Positions 10,971-24,193 are shown, counted from the first letter of the stretch. The stretch: DNA of 64,000 nucleotides from Lepidodermella squamata (GCA_047495785.1 JBLDXI010000011.1:1884905-1948904), one strand, 5' to 3'. The notes: generated by a model not told the origin, from the letters alone. Numbers and translations: made by a program.

Positions 10971-12613
10971 GATGCTCGTAAGGCTTGTAGATGTAGCGAG
11001 ATGTACGCAGGGCTTTATGCCGTGGAGCTTTTTTATTGAGATGAATGCGAGAAGGTTTTTACGTTTTGTTTTTGAGCACCCGGCCATTACGCGTGCTCGT
11101 GAGCGAGGTGAGCTGGCAGGGCACCCACTACGAGCGTGTGCAGGTACCTACTATAGCTAGTCTCGCTCACACGCACGCGCATTAGAGCATGAATAACGGC
11201 GTTTATATTTCCATGTCGCAGGGTATCATCAGCACGCCCGGGTGGCATACAGGATTGAATGCTGAAATGACACCCTTCCGCTTTTAGTTGAGATTTTAAT
11301 TTGTATTTTATGACCTGGAAATGAATTTTATGGCTTTAAATCTTATTTCACCGGAATGTATAAGATGCTAGGTAAGTGGTCAAATTCAAATCGGATTTCT
11401 ACTATTATATAAGCGGATGGAGTTCAGTGTTCAAGGAAAACCCACAAATGCCCCAAAATTCCGAATTCCTAGATGCATAGACAACACTGTAACAGATAGG
11501 AAGCAAACGATTGCGAAAAGCGCGGCACGCGACCACTTTTTGTATCACCCAACGCCCTATCCGCCCATTATGAAATTAATTAGTATTAAAGACAAGTGGA
11601 CCAAATATTCATCTTTCACATTTTTTTAAATTCGTCAGAAAATTACTAGATTTCGGTCTATCGAAAGAGCCCAGGTAGACTATGCAGGCTCGCATAGTTA
11701 TTTTTCTAGCATTTGTTGAAAACAGCTGTTTTCGAGATTTTCGGCAAAACTGTCATTCTTCTGCCGCGGATGGGCCATCCGGAAATTGTTGAAAATTCTA
11801 AGAAAAATTGTTTGTCCATGTTGACCATTTTCTCTATCCAACGATATAAAACTTGTCCCGTAACTATTTCATTTTGATTTTCGGGCTCGATAAATTATTT
11901 TTGCTGAATATATTTGGGAAGAGGCAACGCGGCGAGAGAATTCACGGGTTCAGGACTTTAAAATACCTTCTTATTCGAAGTATTGTTTGTCATGAAAGTT
12001 GGGCACGACAGTTTTGGTTGAATCAGTCAAAAGCTTGACCATAGACCTAATGTGGCTTCGTTCCCACCCCAAAACGTTTGTTCCCGTCCTTGTCCAATGC
12101 ATAACAAAATGTCACGCCGGCCCATGCGTCTGTTTTTGTGGAATACCGCTTCCTGCTTACTACAGGTATTGATTCTTCATAGAATCGCCTCTAAAAGGAT
12201 GGGAGATAATTGGAATTTATATTCATTGGATCAAAAACTCAAAAACTGATTTTATTAAAAAAGTTATCTTTGTATAATCCGGACAACTATCGTGCACCTT
12301 AATCTTAATCACCCTAATCAAAGCCCGAGCTATACAAAGAACATTACAAATAACACTGTACATAATCAAGCAATTATGTCCTGTACTGTAAAGAGACTAA
12401 AAAGACTTGAAAGATCGCAACAATTTGAATACAAATGCATAAATCCAGTGGTTCGAGATGGATTATTCGTAAAAAGGTTGGATATTCTTCATTGATCTCG
12501 AGATAGTGAAGCACTATTTGGCCCAGTATGACTTTTCACGAATTTCACCGTGTATAATTCCACAATCATATGAGAGTTCAAGCAAGAAATGTCCGCGCAA
12601 CGGTTTGAAACCT

Positions 12614-14628
12614 CTATATCACCGTGACGAACAAGAGGCATAGCACTGCGAACAAAATTCCAGCCGCATAATTTCGATTGGCACCACTGGTTGAGTCGCT
12701 GGCAGATTTACCGGAAGAAGCAGTAACGAGTTTAGGCTGGCCATTAGGCCCATCTCTATTGCAGTCAAGTCCAACAGCAGCAGTTGGTGGAGATCGACAA
12801 GCTTCGGTTATTTGCCTCATTTCCTTCGCCGTCAAGGGGGAATCGTAGATCGTAACACAGGCCATATTGTCATTTTCCATCAAACCGTACTTTGTATTGT
12901 TCTCGCGATCTAACGCTCCTCCGATTACAATCGATGGCACCCATTGAATGGCTGAGTCTGATGCGTAAAACAGCTTCCGATCGACAGTGGTTGAATTCGA
13001 GTACATTGTATTCATATCGAATTTAATTTTCGAGTAGTCTAAAATAATCAGCGTGCTGGTTTTATAAAATTGGTAAACCGTCAACTTCTGATCGCTTGAA
13101 TTGTAAGTCACGCCATAAAACTTCCACGCATAGCACAATTCCGGGATAGCTAGAGACGCTGCAACCCTGCTGGTTCTTTTATCGAAAACTTTGACATGAA
13201 GCGTGTAGTCTGTTGCGCAATGAAGCGTGAGAAATGAGTTCGCCAGCTCCATCTCAAACAGTCCGCTGGGCCGGCCATCACGCCAAGCTGGATTTCCACT
13301 ACCTCCGCCGCCCACACTTGTGAAGAACGAGACAGAGAATCCGGCTGGTTTCAGCGGTATCATAGTCTTATAAGCAGCCAAGGTTGTATTTTCGCCAGGA
13401 GACATGTCACTGCAGCAGTAACCGACTGCAAAGCTGAAGTAGGCGGAATCTTCTCCATAAGGCGAACTAGTCTCCAGTGATGCACCGTACGATCTGCTAT
13501 CCGGCTTGATTCCACAAATTGTGTCGTTCAGTTGCGATGTTTTGTCCAGATAAGGAGCAAATACAAGAGATTTAGGTTGCGGCCATGCTACGCCGAGTTG
13601 AACTGAAACGATTAAGATATTTAATTTTAGCTACCATAATTTTTTTAAATATTTGGATCTGATATCAAACGACTTGGATTTTTCACCACGCGTTATTTCA
13701 GTTTCAGCTCCAGAATGAATTAATTATAGAAATATCTCTAGTTTCCAATCTGCCATTGAACATACCGTTTCCGTCACGCTTGCAGTCAACTGTCGAGGAT
13801 ATCTTTGGAGCTTCGCGGCAAGATTCCAGCAATTGCCCGATTTCACTCGAATTCAGGGCTGCGGTGAACATCGAGAAGCAGAACAAGTTGTGTCCGGGTC
13901 GGAATCCCCATTCTCGGTAAGCATCCCTATCCAAAGCATCAGCCAGCATCAACTGACTCCAATCTCCGCCGATCTGCAGAGGTTTAGGCATTTTGCCGGA
14001 GACCGACTTTGATAAATTGGCCTTAGGATCAATGACATAAGCCGTCAGTTGGCCCGCGGAGCTATCGTGGGATATCGCGAAAAACCGCCAACTATCCACC
14101 CCACATACACTTGAGACGTTGAGCCTGATTGTCATATTTATATCGTCCTTGTCAAAAACTTTGACGATAAGGTCTTTCGAAAAGCAGACAGCTGTTAAGA
14201 AGGACTTGTCGGTTTCAAGTTCCAGTAAACCAGCAGCAGTGTCGGACAATGATTTCAGGTAAAACGATAGCGTGAAGCTAGGCTTTATCGGAACAGGGCG
14301 ATAGATCGTTAAGTAGTCCCAATTTCTTCCAATGTCTGTACTCAACGAGTACGAACCAGTTAGATCCCCGAACGGGTTGTTTCCTGGGACAAATGCGGCA
14401 AAAGAGCTCGTGTTTACTGGAGCTAGGTTGCAAATTCTGTCGTTCAAATCGTTGTTTCTGTCCATCTGGGCATGGAATACTAAAGCATCGAGTTTTGGCC
14501 ACCAAGCAGTGGCGGCTGAAGAACATTCATACCGCGAAAACAGTTAACATTTCAAATTTTGAAATAAATTCGTGCATGAACTTACCTGGCGCTAAACAGC
14601 AGGCGATCGTTAACACTAAAAGGTTCAT
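12614..14628 (-). CDS. Two-domain LamG-like (ConA lectin/glucanase fold) GPI-anchored protein, copy 1, intact, 593 aa; exons 14628-14586, 14515-13766, 13602-12614
   Basis: Spliced length 1782 nt, open. Signal exon plus two phase-1 domain exons, each with LamG_3-like motifs (SFTLSF, WxFxAxxxD, LTxY, IGG, ALxxxEI); Ser-rich linker and hydrophobic tail. Confidence 0.85.
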
Positions 14629-14744
14629 CCTGAAGTATTTAATAGATAATTACCACGAATCAATTTAGCTTGTTGTTGAGCTAAACCGTGAGAAAAAAAT
14701 TCAGCACAGTAGCCTTCTAAATAAAGCAGAACGATACATAAGTA

Positions 14745-14900
14745 AAAGCTATTGACACAGCTTTCTTGTGTTCTACAAGGCCTAAAGCCTATATTTATAC
14801 TTGCTGATGACGTTTAAACGAATTCACGGCACGATGTCGTATAAGAAAAGGTGTGATTCAATATGCCCACAGGTATAATGCCAGCGGTGGTGCCAGAAAA
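14745..14900 (-). promoter_or_regulatory. Conserved upstream region of the LamG family
   Basis: TATAAATA on the minus strand near 14790-14800. ATTGACACAGC also occurs at about 29888 and inverted at about 51131. The block ATAATGCCAGCGGTGGTG is shared, inverted, with 51007-51025. Confidence 0.5.
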
Positions 14901-15129
14901 TATATAGCGGTTATTTTTTTGTATCGTGGGAGGGCTTTCACTTTAATTCAGAGCACACAACAAGTTTCCAATTTTTTCTATATACAGCTTAACTACTACG
15001 TAACTACTTCGGTAAAAGAAAAAAGTAGAATTAATCACGAAAAAATATCCTGAAATCCTGAATTATCCGAAAAATGACACATACAGCGGTTAACAATTAA
15101 CCAGCCTTGTATCTTATATTCGAAGCCTA

Positions 15130-17188
15130 CACGCCGAAAAAAAGCACGCCTGTAGCCGCGGAGAATTTCTAACAGTTTATAAATCCGAGAGGCATCTCGC
15201 CTGCTGATGAGCCCACCGGAAAAATTTTAAATCGTTTTAGTCCTTCCATAAGTCGACTTCACATAGACGCGTGCACCTCAATCGTGATTTGCGTGGCCCT
15301 TGAATCAGGGTGATTAAAGGGCTCAGTTACCACCACCATCATGTGCAGACTTTTCGGATTTCAAACACCAAAACTGATTGCTGAATTACAAGCATTGAAT
15401 TAAATTTGGTGACCGTGAATTTTTTTTTACTCATTTTGTTTCGATTCAATTTTTTGACGGACGAGAACTGTTGACGCGGTTGCACGTTAAAATTCAGTTA
15501 ACGGGAAAATTGGTGCTGCATCAAAATTTCGAAATTACCCACGCACAAGAGCACGTTTTCGAATTCAGTTGCATCACCAACGGATGAGCACGCCGAGTTG
15601 GCATACAAGACACAAGCTGTCACTTTAATGTAACAATGCTCGTTTACTTGTCAAAAAACGAGTTCAAAAAATGTCGAACAGAGAATGTCGGTCAGTGTTG
15701 ATTTTTTTATTGGGTTTGAACATCGTTTTTAAACATGGAAACCGACACTTCAATCGACGGCGCCGGTTTCAGGCGAGGTCGTTGCAAGGAGCCAAATTGT
15801 GATTGTACATTTGTACGCTCAGAAGCGAACAAGTTTAGCTGCGCCGCTTGTGGGTGCCTATCCGGTCGCCATGCCAAGCAGTACGAAACAGGTAAATTTT
15901 CCCAACATTTAAATCGTATATTTGTATCTACAACATGAAAGTTTTCGAATTTTTTATTTTTAAATTCTATTCGAAATTCTATTCCGCTATAAAATCTGTC
16001 TGATAGAAAACATATTAAATTTCCCAATTCTATTTCAGACCGTGCCATTTCGCGGGACTAACCGCGGGCGAGTGGAAACAGCTTTATAACCTGTTTTTTA
16101 AAGAGCTTTTTAGAGCTTTTCCTAATGCCAACATTTGGCTACAGCCACGAAATGGGACTGCGGTCCTTACGGATCATGCACGTAGGGTTGGTTTTTCCGT
16201 ATCCACCTTAATAAAACTATTTATTTTTCCATGTCATTTCAGGCTCCCTTCCAGTCTGTCTGCACGGCGCTTGTCCGATCTAGGCGGCAAACCAGCCGCA
16301 AGCGAAACGCTACAACCGCTTCAGCCTACGCCGGCAACGGAAACAATCGAAACAATCGAAAGGGCCGGCCGACTTCCATGACCCTACTGGCCGCCATTGC
16401 TGCTGGCACTTCCGCGTCGAGTTCGCAATCGTCGAAAACAGCCCTGGACGGCAAAATCTCTGCGTGTTGTTTTCTTCGCATAAGTCTTAGTGAGACCGCC
16501 AGCATGGTACTCTGCACAAATTGCTCCCAGCCGTGTCATCGCGCTCAAAGTTGTCAAACGAAGCATGACGTCTTCTGCGCCTATCTACCGCACCTATCTG
16601 TCCTGGGCCAGTGACAGCTCACGTCAGCTCAATTATGTCATTAACTAACAATTAACACCAACTGTACTAACAGATACCTAAATGGCTTACTGATTTTACC
16701 TAACTTTTTTTAATCACCTACTTAATTTTGCATATCCGATATAACACCTACATACCTTAATACCCCCGAGCTAATAAATAGCTCACTGATTTTACCTGGC
16801 TGATTAATTTTGGACATTAATAAGGCGCTTTTCAATAAAATCACGTTTTGCTAAAATGCGACTGTTTTGACAAGCTTTTTGATACTGGAACCGTAATATT
16901 GCCCTGAAAATCCGGCTGCTCGTGGTGTATCCGAATAATTTCAATAACGCTTACACGCGTACAGCAGTAAAATCAGTTGGGCCTGCTGATGCACTAGCAT
17001 AAATGAAACTAAGGCTACAGCTGTGTTGCCATTTGAATGAATATAGTGCTGTACGCGTATTGCCTAATTCGAATTCAGCAACAGAATCAACGCGTACAGA
17101 AGCTCTTGCCAGCAAGGCTAGGCGTGAGAAAACTTTCTTCGCACACGGCTAGAGTTACATAGCTGTAGCCGCGCTTTATTTCGGCGTG
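15130..17188 (+). mobile_element. Non-autonomous DNA transposon, CAC...GTG termini, 2 bp TA TSD (CMC/EnSpm-like), carrying a degenerate spliced Zn-finger ORF (15735-16614)
   Basis: TIR CACGCCGAAAwAAAGCrCG (19 bp, 2 mismatches). Cys/His clusters CKEPNCDC...CAACGC...H and CTNC...CH...C...C; exon frames do not join cleanly. Confidence 0.75.
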
Positions 17189-17572
17189 TATAATAGTTTT
17201 CGCTGTAACGTAATGCTTCGCGTAATGTTTCGAATGAATGAGTTAACTAACTTCCTCCTGCAACTCAGGCATCAGATCAGGACACAGCCACTTCAGCAAT
17301 TTTCTAGGCAATAACACGTGGTTTTTTAGTTTCAATTAAAATATTGCGCAAAAAACTTCATTGCGAAGAAAGGACAAAACAAAAAGCTTTTCGTTTTCGT
17401 TCTCATGGATAGAGAAAAAATCGATCAAAAATTGTTATACGAAGGAAATACGCGATACAGCGCGTTTTTTCAGGCTAATGTGAGTCCGGAAATATGCAAG
17501 GCAAGGTAGGATGGGCTTAATCACATCAGATGAGAGTTCAAGCATGAGATGTAAACGCAACGGTTTGAAAGT

Positions 17573-19490
17573 CTATATCACCGTGACGAACAAGAGGCAT
17601 AGCACTGCGAACAAAATTCCAGCCGCATAATTTCGATTGGCACCACTGGTGGATCCGCTAGCAGATTTACTGGAGGAAGTAACGAGTTTAGGCTTTCCAT
17701 TCGGCCCATCTCTGTTGCAGTCGAGCCCAACAGCAGCAGTTGGTGGAGATCGGCAAGCTTCGGTTACTTGCCGCATTTCCTTCGCCGACAGGGGTGAATC
17801 ATAGACTGAGACACAGGCTATGTTGTCGTTCGCAATCATACCATACTGGATATTGGTCACGCGATCTAAAACTCCTCCGACAACAATTGATGGCACCCAT
17901 TGAATGGCCGAGTCTGATGCGTAGAACAGCTTACGATCGACAGATGTCGAATTCGAGCCCAAGCTATTCATATCATATCCAAGTTTCGAGTAGTCGAAAA
18001 CAAAAAGAGTGCTCGATTTATGAAATTGGAAAATCGTCAATTTCTGATCGCTTGAATTATAAGTAAGTCCAATGAAATTCCACTCCCAGCAGAGATTTGG
18101 GACAGCCAGAGATGCCGCGGCACTACTGTTCCTTTTGTCGTAAACTTTGACATTAAGCATGAAGTCCTCTGAGCAATGAAGCGTGAGAAACGAGTTTCCT
18201 AGCTCCATTTCAAACAGTCCGATAAGCCTACCACCGCGCCGAGATGAAGGGCTTCCAAAACCATCGCGGTTCGAATTCGCGAAGAAAGAGACAGAAAATC
18301 CGGATGGTTTCAACGGCACCATCGATTTGTAGTAGGCCAAGGTTCTATTTTTAGTACTAGCCATTGCACTGCAGCACTGTCCAGTCATGAAGCTGTAATA
18401 GCCTGAAAATTGTCCGTAGGGCGAATACTCATCTAGAGAGGCACTTTGCGATCGGCTATACGGCGCGACCCCGCAAATTGTGTCGTTCAATCGCGAAATA
18501 TCGCCAAGGTACGGGGCAAATACTAGAGAATTAGGGTTTGGCCAAGGAACGCCGAGTTGAACTACAAGAAACAAATTATTCGTGTATTTCATTCAGTTAT
18601 CGAATGTCTTACCATTCCCCTCGCGCTTGCAATCAGTTCCGGATGATCCCCGAGGAGCTTCGCGGCAGGCTTCCGGCAACTGGCTGATTTCGTTCTCATT
18701 TAAGGCGGCGTTGAACATCGAGAAACAAAATAAGTTCTGGCCAGTTCCGAAACCCCATTCCTTATATAAATCCCTATCCAAAGCATCGCCGAGCGTTAGT
18801 TGACTCCATTCTCCACCGATCTGGAAGGGTTTGCTTGTATTACTAGATGCGGATTTCTTTGATTTTCCATTAAGATCGATGACATAAGCCGTCATTTGGT
18901 TTGCTGTGCCATCGTGGGATATCGCGAAATACCGCCAAATATTATCACCACAAGTGCTTGAGACGTTGAGCTTGACAGTGGCATTAATGTCATCCTTGTC
19001 GAAAACTTTGACAATTAGGTCATTTGACAGGCATGTAGCTGTTAGAAATGACTTGTCGGTTTCAAATTCAAGTATTCCAGCGCCAGAACTAACTAAAGAT
19101 AGGTAAAACGATATTGTGAAGCTTTGTTTTATCGGAACAGGACGATAGATCGTCAGATAGTTCCATTTCTTCCCAATGCTTGGACTTTGAGAGTACGAAC
19201 CAGCTTGAGAGCCAAACGGGTTTTTGCTAGCGTCGAATGCGGCGAAAGCACTTGTGTTTACTGGAGCCAGGTTGCAAATTCTGTCGTTCAAATCTTTGTC
19301 TCTATCCATGTGGGCATGGACTCGAGGCTAAGGACTCGAGTTTCGGCCAAGCTGTGGCTGCTGTCGAACCTTCAATTAAAAAGACGGGTTTAGTTAAAAT
19401 CTTAATTACATTTGATATTCACGCTTGAATGATTTTACCTGATACCAAATACCCGATTGTTAATACTAGAAGGTTAGACGGTTTCAGCAT
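17573..19490 (-). pseudogene. LamG-like family copy 2, frameshifted at the start of exon 2; exons 19490-19439, ~19369-18613, 18561-17573
   Basis: Homologous to copy 1 throughout. Duplicated CTCGAGTCC (19318-19340) gives a net +4 nt and a stop (...KLESLASSPCPHG*). Both domain exons are otherwise open. Confidence 0.72.
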
Positions 19491-20654
19491 GATACAATTG
19501 AGCGAGTTGATTTAAAAAATCGATGAAACGTCGCTAGCCAGGTAAAATAAAGCGTTGTAGCCCTATAAATCACATACAATTATATTATAACTGATATCAA
19601 CGCAGATTTTGATGGCTTTATAGGCATAGAGCATAGAGAATCTATTACGTGCCACTGCGTTGTAGAGGTAAAAGAAATTAGCATTTTGCTTTAAATTCTT
19701 GACATTTTTTATAACATTATACAACTCGTGGCCAATATTGCCTGATAGATAATGTCAATATCTCCACTATTTTCTTGTAAAAAATGGCGTTGTAACCTGT
19801 GAGCGTGCCGTGCCTTATGACACAGTCATATGTGACAGACTTTCAATCGCACACACATTGCATTACACATTACTATAAAGCAATTTTCTTCATCTCTTCA
19901 TAGCAATAACACGTATTTGCTTAAGGCTGCCTGTAAAGAAAATTCCCGCCACATTATGATGAGTGCTCGGCATGATAACTGGCCGATTTTAACCATGCTA
20001 AAATGTATAATGCCACTGGTGACATTAGAAATTTCTTTTAGTGGAAGATATTATTTTTTATTCCATGGTGGTTTTTGATGAAACATTCCCTACACGCGCT
20101 GATGTAAGGGCTAAGCTTCAGTTAAATATTTTTATAAAAACCCAAGTGACAGGTATTTTATAAGGAATGAATAAACAGACATAATTATAATAATAATATT
20201 AATAATAATACTATTTTGAGTTTTGGAAATTCTAAAATCCCTGTTGCAGAAGCAAATTTTAGATAACTAAGACCCATTATCTGCAATTATTGGTCATTTA
20301 TTTTAGCCTGCTGTTACCTATTTCGATATTTTCGTTCGATGGATTTGGATAAAATTGAACAATAAACAATTCATCACCATGAAACTATATGAAACTATAT
20401 GATGAAACTGTAGGTATCATCGATTTCTGTTCGGAGCGAAAGCTGCTGTTTCAGATAATCAAAAGCTAGCTTTAATGATTCAACGTTAAACGTTCAACAG
20501 TTGCATGCTTATGAGTAATCTCCCTGGAGATATCGCATAACTCAGCGAATCAAGAAATTTCAAGAAATGCAAGAAAAACGCAAGAAAATGGAAGCTAGCA
20601 TTTCTAATACTTATATATCCATGTTAATTTATAATAACTCATATTTTCTCGTTT

Positions 20655-22330
20655 AACAAGCAGCAGCGTGGATTTGTAAACAGCCCTGGGACTTACATCA
20701 ATTCAACAATTGTTAACGGTGTTCTCAAAAAAGCAAAAACAGACAAGTCGGATTGTGTTGTCGTATTTTTAGATCTCGCGAAAGCTTTCGATAATATAGG
20801 CTTTGAACACATTAGGAAAAAGCTATATTCGCTACCAATCCCGACGCTTTTACGGCGATCCATCTTTTCCCTCTTATTCAGCAATTCGACACAGGTAGAA
20901 TCCAATGGCTCAAAATCCAAATCTATCTGCTTCAATCGCGGTGTCATGCAAGGATCGCCGATATCCCAATCCGTGTTCAACTTATGCATCGATTTTGTCA
21001 TTAGAGAATTGGCTGACAAGAAAAATAAGTGATATGTATGTGTCGTATGTAAAGTTGATAATCATGTAATGTTGATAATACATAGCAAGATTTCATGTAA
21101 TGTTGATAATACATATGTATTCTTGATAAAACATGTCAAATGGCTATCTAATGTGGATAATACATGAAAAGTCTCATTTATTCTTGATAAAACATAAAAA
21201 ATCAGTAACAATACGCCATGTAAAGTAGGTAACAGGTGCTGTAGTGGTCGCGTGTTTGATCTGGACGCGTGTCAGTGGTCTCATGGAGATGGAATGAGAT
21301 CATTTTCACATTTGAACATTTCAACCCTTGAAAACATGGCTTCTAGCTCAAATGAAAATGAAGAAGATGTCGCCATCTCAGTCAAGTCTGTTTTGGGGAC
21401 TGTTGTTTTAAAAGTCTGCTTCATTGAGCATTTTACGGAGAAAGGGGCTACGCAAAATAGCAAGGCCCACTCCGAAGAAAGCCTAGCTGAGCTGGCTGCT
21501 CAAGTCAAAGTGGCAGCGGAGAAATCCTCAAGAAAACCGCGTGATTACAGGTAATTTCCCTTCGAAACCTTTTACCTAAAAATTTTACTCAATTGTTCAA
21601 TTCAGGTTGGTAAAGAAGTACGAGGTGATAACTCTAGGAGGACGCGAACGGCTCATTTTGAAACGGCAGGATTCAACTTCCAAGAAGGTGTTCGTTGGAA
21701 GTTTGGGAGAAGTTTTCGACGCGATTCACGCCACTCACATCGACCTGGGTCACTGTGGAAGAATGAGCTTATCTGCAACAGCAGGTGCCACCCCGGAAAG
21801 AGTTGTGACAATCTTAACTGTGAATAATACAATTATCCACTTTCCATGGTCATTAGATGCTGATTTGATATTTTTTATCAATAATAAATGACAATGATCA
21901 TGTAGTTCGCATAATAAATGGCCATTTGACATGTTTTATCAAGAATACATATGTATTATCAACATTACATGAAATCTTGCTATGTATTATCAACACTAAA
22001 TGATTATCAACTTTACATACGACATATGGATTTCGAATTGCAGAGGACATGGACTCCGTTTCAGTTCTTGGCTTCGCCGATGATACTACTCCAATTGCTA
22101 ATAGCCGCGAATCTGCATGCATTCTAGTCAGAATGTTTTCTGAAATCGATTTGGACGTTAATGTTCGCAAATGCAAAGCCATCGTCGTTGAAAATAGCGA
22201 ATTGTCGACGGATCCATTGATAATAGACGAAGATCAAACAATTCCTGTTCTGCACCCTACGGAGACTATCAAATATCTTGGAGTGACATTTACTGAGTAG
22301 TTGACGTTTGATCTTTTGAAGTTCTTTATT
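20655..22330 (+). mobile_element. Non-LTR retrotransposon RT remnant (R2/NeSL/Utopia-like), split by a Ginger2 insertion
   Basis: QRGF...VFLDLAKAFD...RGVMQGSPIS..FNL before 21040; YGF...VLGFADD...IKYLG after 22025. Confidence 0.85.
21041..22024 (+). mobile_element. Internally deleted Ginger2 (KRBA2/SCAND3-like integrase) DNA transposon
   Basis: TGT...ACA ends, about 100 bp TIRs, 4 bp TSD TATG (21037-21040, 22025-22028). Spliced ORF (intron 21551-21605) reads LVKKYEV...LI...EVFDAIHATHIDLGHCGR; the DDE core is absent. Confidence 0.85.
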
Positions 22331-22488
22331 TTCAACCGAGAAATATTTCGGTAACCTTATCATTCATGTCAATATTCAGACTCGTGATATTTTTTTCTGC
22401 TGTACTGCTTTGCGAGACTTTCAGAAAAGCCGCAGAGTTGCTGGAAGAAATCGATGAATAAATCGAAAAATTCAGTTTCATACACAAA

Positions 22489-22667
22489 TAATGGTCATAT
22501 TATACTACTGTCTTTAGGAGATAATCAAATCGAGCTCCGATTATCCGAGGCCGCAGGCCGAGGATGATCGGAGCGAGTTTGCAGGGACACAAAAGGGTCC
22601 GAGGCCGAAGACCGAGGACTTTTTGTGTCCCGATTAGCTCCTAAAGACAGTTGTAAAATGTTCATTA
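22489..22667. mobile_element. Short palindromic MITE-like element
   Basis: About 38 bp imperfect terminal IR containing ctgtctttaggag; internal CCGAGGCCGmAGrCCGAGG occurs twice. Confidence 0.6.
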
Positions 22668-23059
22668 TGCTCCGATGTCACTTTTTCGGCAGGACAAATT
22701 ACGCAACACGTTTTGATGGGAAGACAAAATTGTTTCTTGTGCATTTTGTTTTTTTCGTGCGTCGCTTTTTTATTCAATTATTCATGCTATGATTTTGCTG
22801 CTGTGAGCATAATTGCCTGTTAAAATTTCGCGATTGAACCTATGGAGCAGGTGAAAAACTCGAATTCGAGATTTCGATTCGTTGTGGCAATGACATTTTG
22901 GTCACAGGTATCACAACCTTTTTACATACCTTCATTGCTTATTCTAATAAGGTAGAGATCTATAGAATTGGTTTCTTTCGGTTTTCGCCAAAATTCAGGG
23001 GCGCAACCTTTTAATTTTTGTATGCCGCTTTTGCTTGATTTTCTCATTTTTTTCTGATG

Positions 23060-23385
23060 CTTCTCCTGTTAGCAGAACCAAATTTACGGTGAGCGGAACC
23101 AAATATGCTGTAGCGGAACCGAATTTGCTGTTAACGGAACCAAATCGAGGCCTGAAATCGATTTTCGGATATTTATTGCGGGTCAAGATTGGCCACAATA
23201 ATTCTGCGGAACCAATGAATTTAGCGCATCATTATCCATAAGACGGAGTGTTCGGTTCAAAATTCATGCTTAGCCTAAAATCCGTAGAAATATTCAAAAA
23301 ATGACTCCTTATTTCGACTTTGGTTCCGCAATAAGGAAAGTAGGTTCCGCCCACAGTAAATTTGCTACCGCTTAAAGATATTCCG
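23060..23385. repeat. GCGGAACC/GGTTCCGC-motif repeat; related copy at about 2680-2905
   Basis: Clustered direct then inverted GCGGAACC(A)AA motifs at both sites. Confidence 0.55.
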
Positions 23386-23532
23386 TTTCATCTATTGCTG
23401 CTGCCCAAAAGGAGCAGTAAACAATACGCAGAAAACTTGGGTCTTTGAACAACATCGCTAGTGAAATGCAATTTATAACAAAATGAAAATTCAAAAGAAA
23501 AAAGCTTTCAAAAAATTGGTTGAATTTTTCTA

Positions 23533-24193
23533 CAGCGTGACCAAAAAATTCCGCAGAGCGCGAATTCGATGCGCATCAATTTAATGAGGAGTTTCAAGAA
23601 ATTGAGGAGTTCCATTGGCCAGAGGTGGAAACAGGTCGGAAAAACTCAACCCAACCCGATCGGCGACCCAACCGGCACCCAGGTCACCCACCGGCAACCC
23701 AAACCGGTAGAAAGCCGGTTTACCGGCTATGTACCGGCTTTTGACCGGTTTCAAGAGCACGTTTCCCAAACAAAAACAGCGTGAATCATGCAACCGCTCT
23801 CTTTATAATTCAAAATGCCCTTCAACCACTATGAATCACCAAAATTCTAAAAATCAATTAGCGCAGGCCACTGATTGTTGATAAAAGCTTCCTTTCTACG
23901 CCTGTCACGAAGAATTTTTCGCGGAAGTCTCACGACCGGTTCTATTCGCTAAATTTATGGCTTTCATGCCGAAAATTCCAATTTACCGGTCAACCGGCTG
24001 GAATTTAGTCAACCCATACCCAACCGGCGACCTGGCCCAACCGGCAACCGGGAGACTTACCGGCCGGTCAACCCGACCTGTTTCCACCTCTGCCATTGGC
24101 AAAAGAATGCTTGAAATTCTTCAACTTCTTAAAACTCCTGATTAAATTGATGCGCACCGAATTCCCGCTCTGCGGAATTTTTTGGCCACCCTG
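23533..24193. mobile_element. Tc1/mariner-type MITE hosting a nested hAT MITE
   Basis: About 75 bp TIRs CAGsGTGrCCAAAAAATTCCGCAGAGC..., TA on both flanks. Confidence 0.8.
23620..24092. mobile_element. hAT-type MITE
   Basis: Perfect 20 bp TIR CAGAGGTGGAAACAGGTCGG; perfect 8 bp TSD CCATTGGC (23612-23619, 24093-24100); many ACCGG subterminal motifs. Confidence 0.9.

Noticed and set aside
10971-11087. ORF-track N-terminal extensions (GT6 from 11087; Ly6 from 3167 and 8768)
   Set aside because: Downstream ATGs directly open the TM anchor or signal peptide; the two Ly6 extensions start at TTG.
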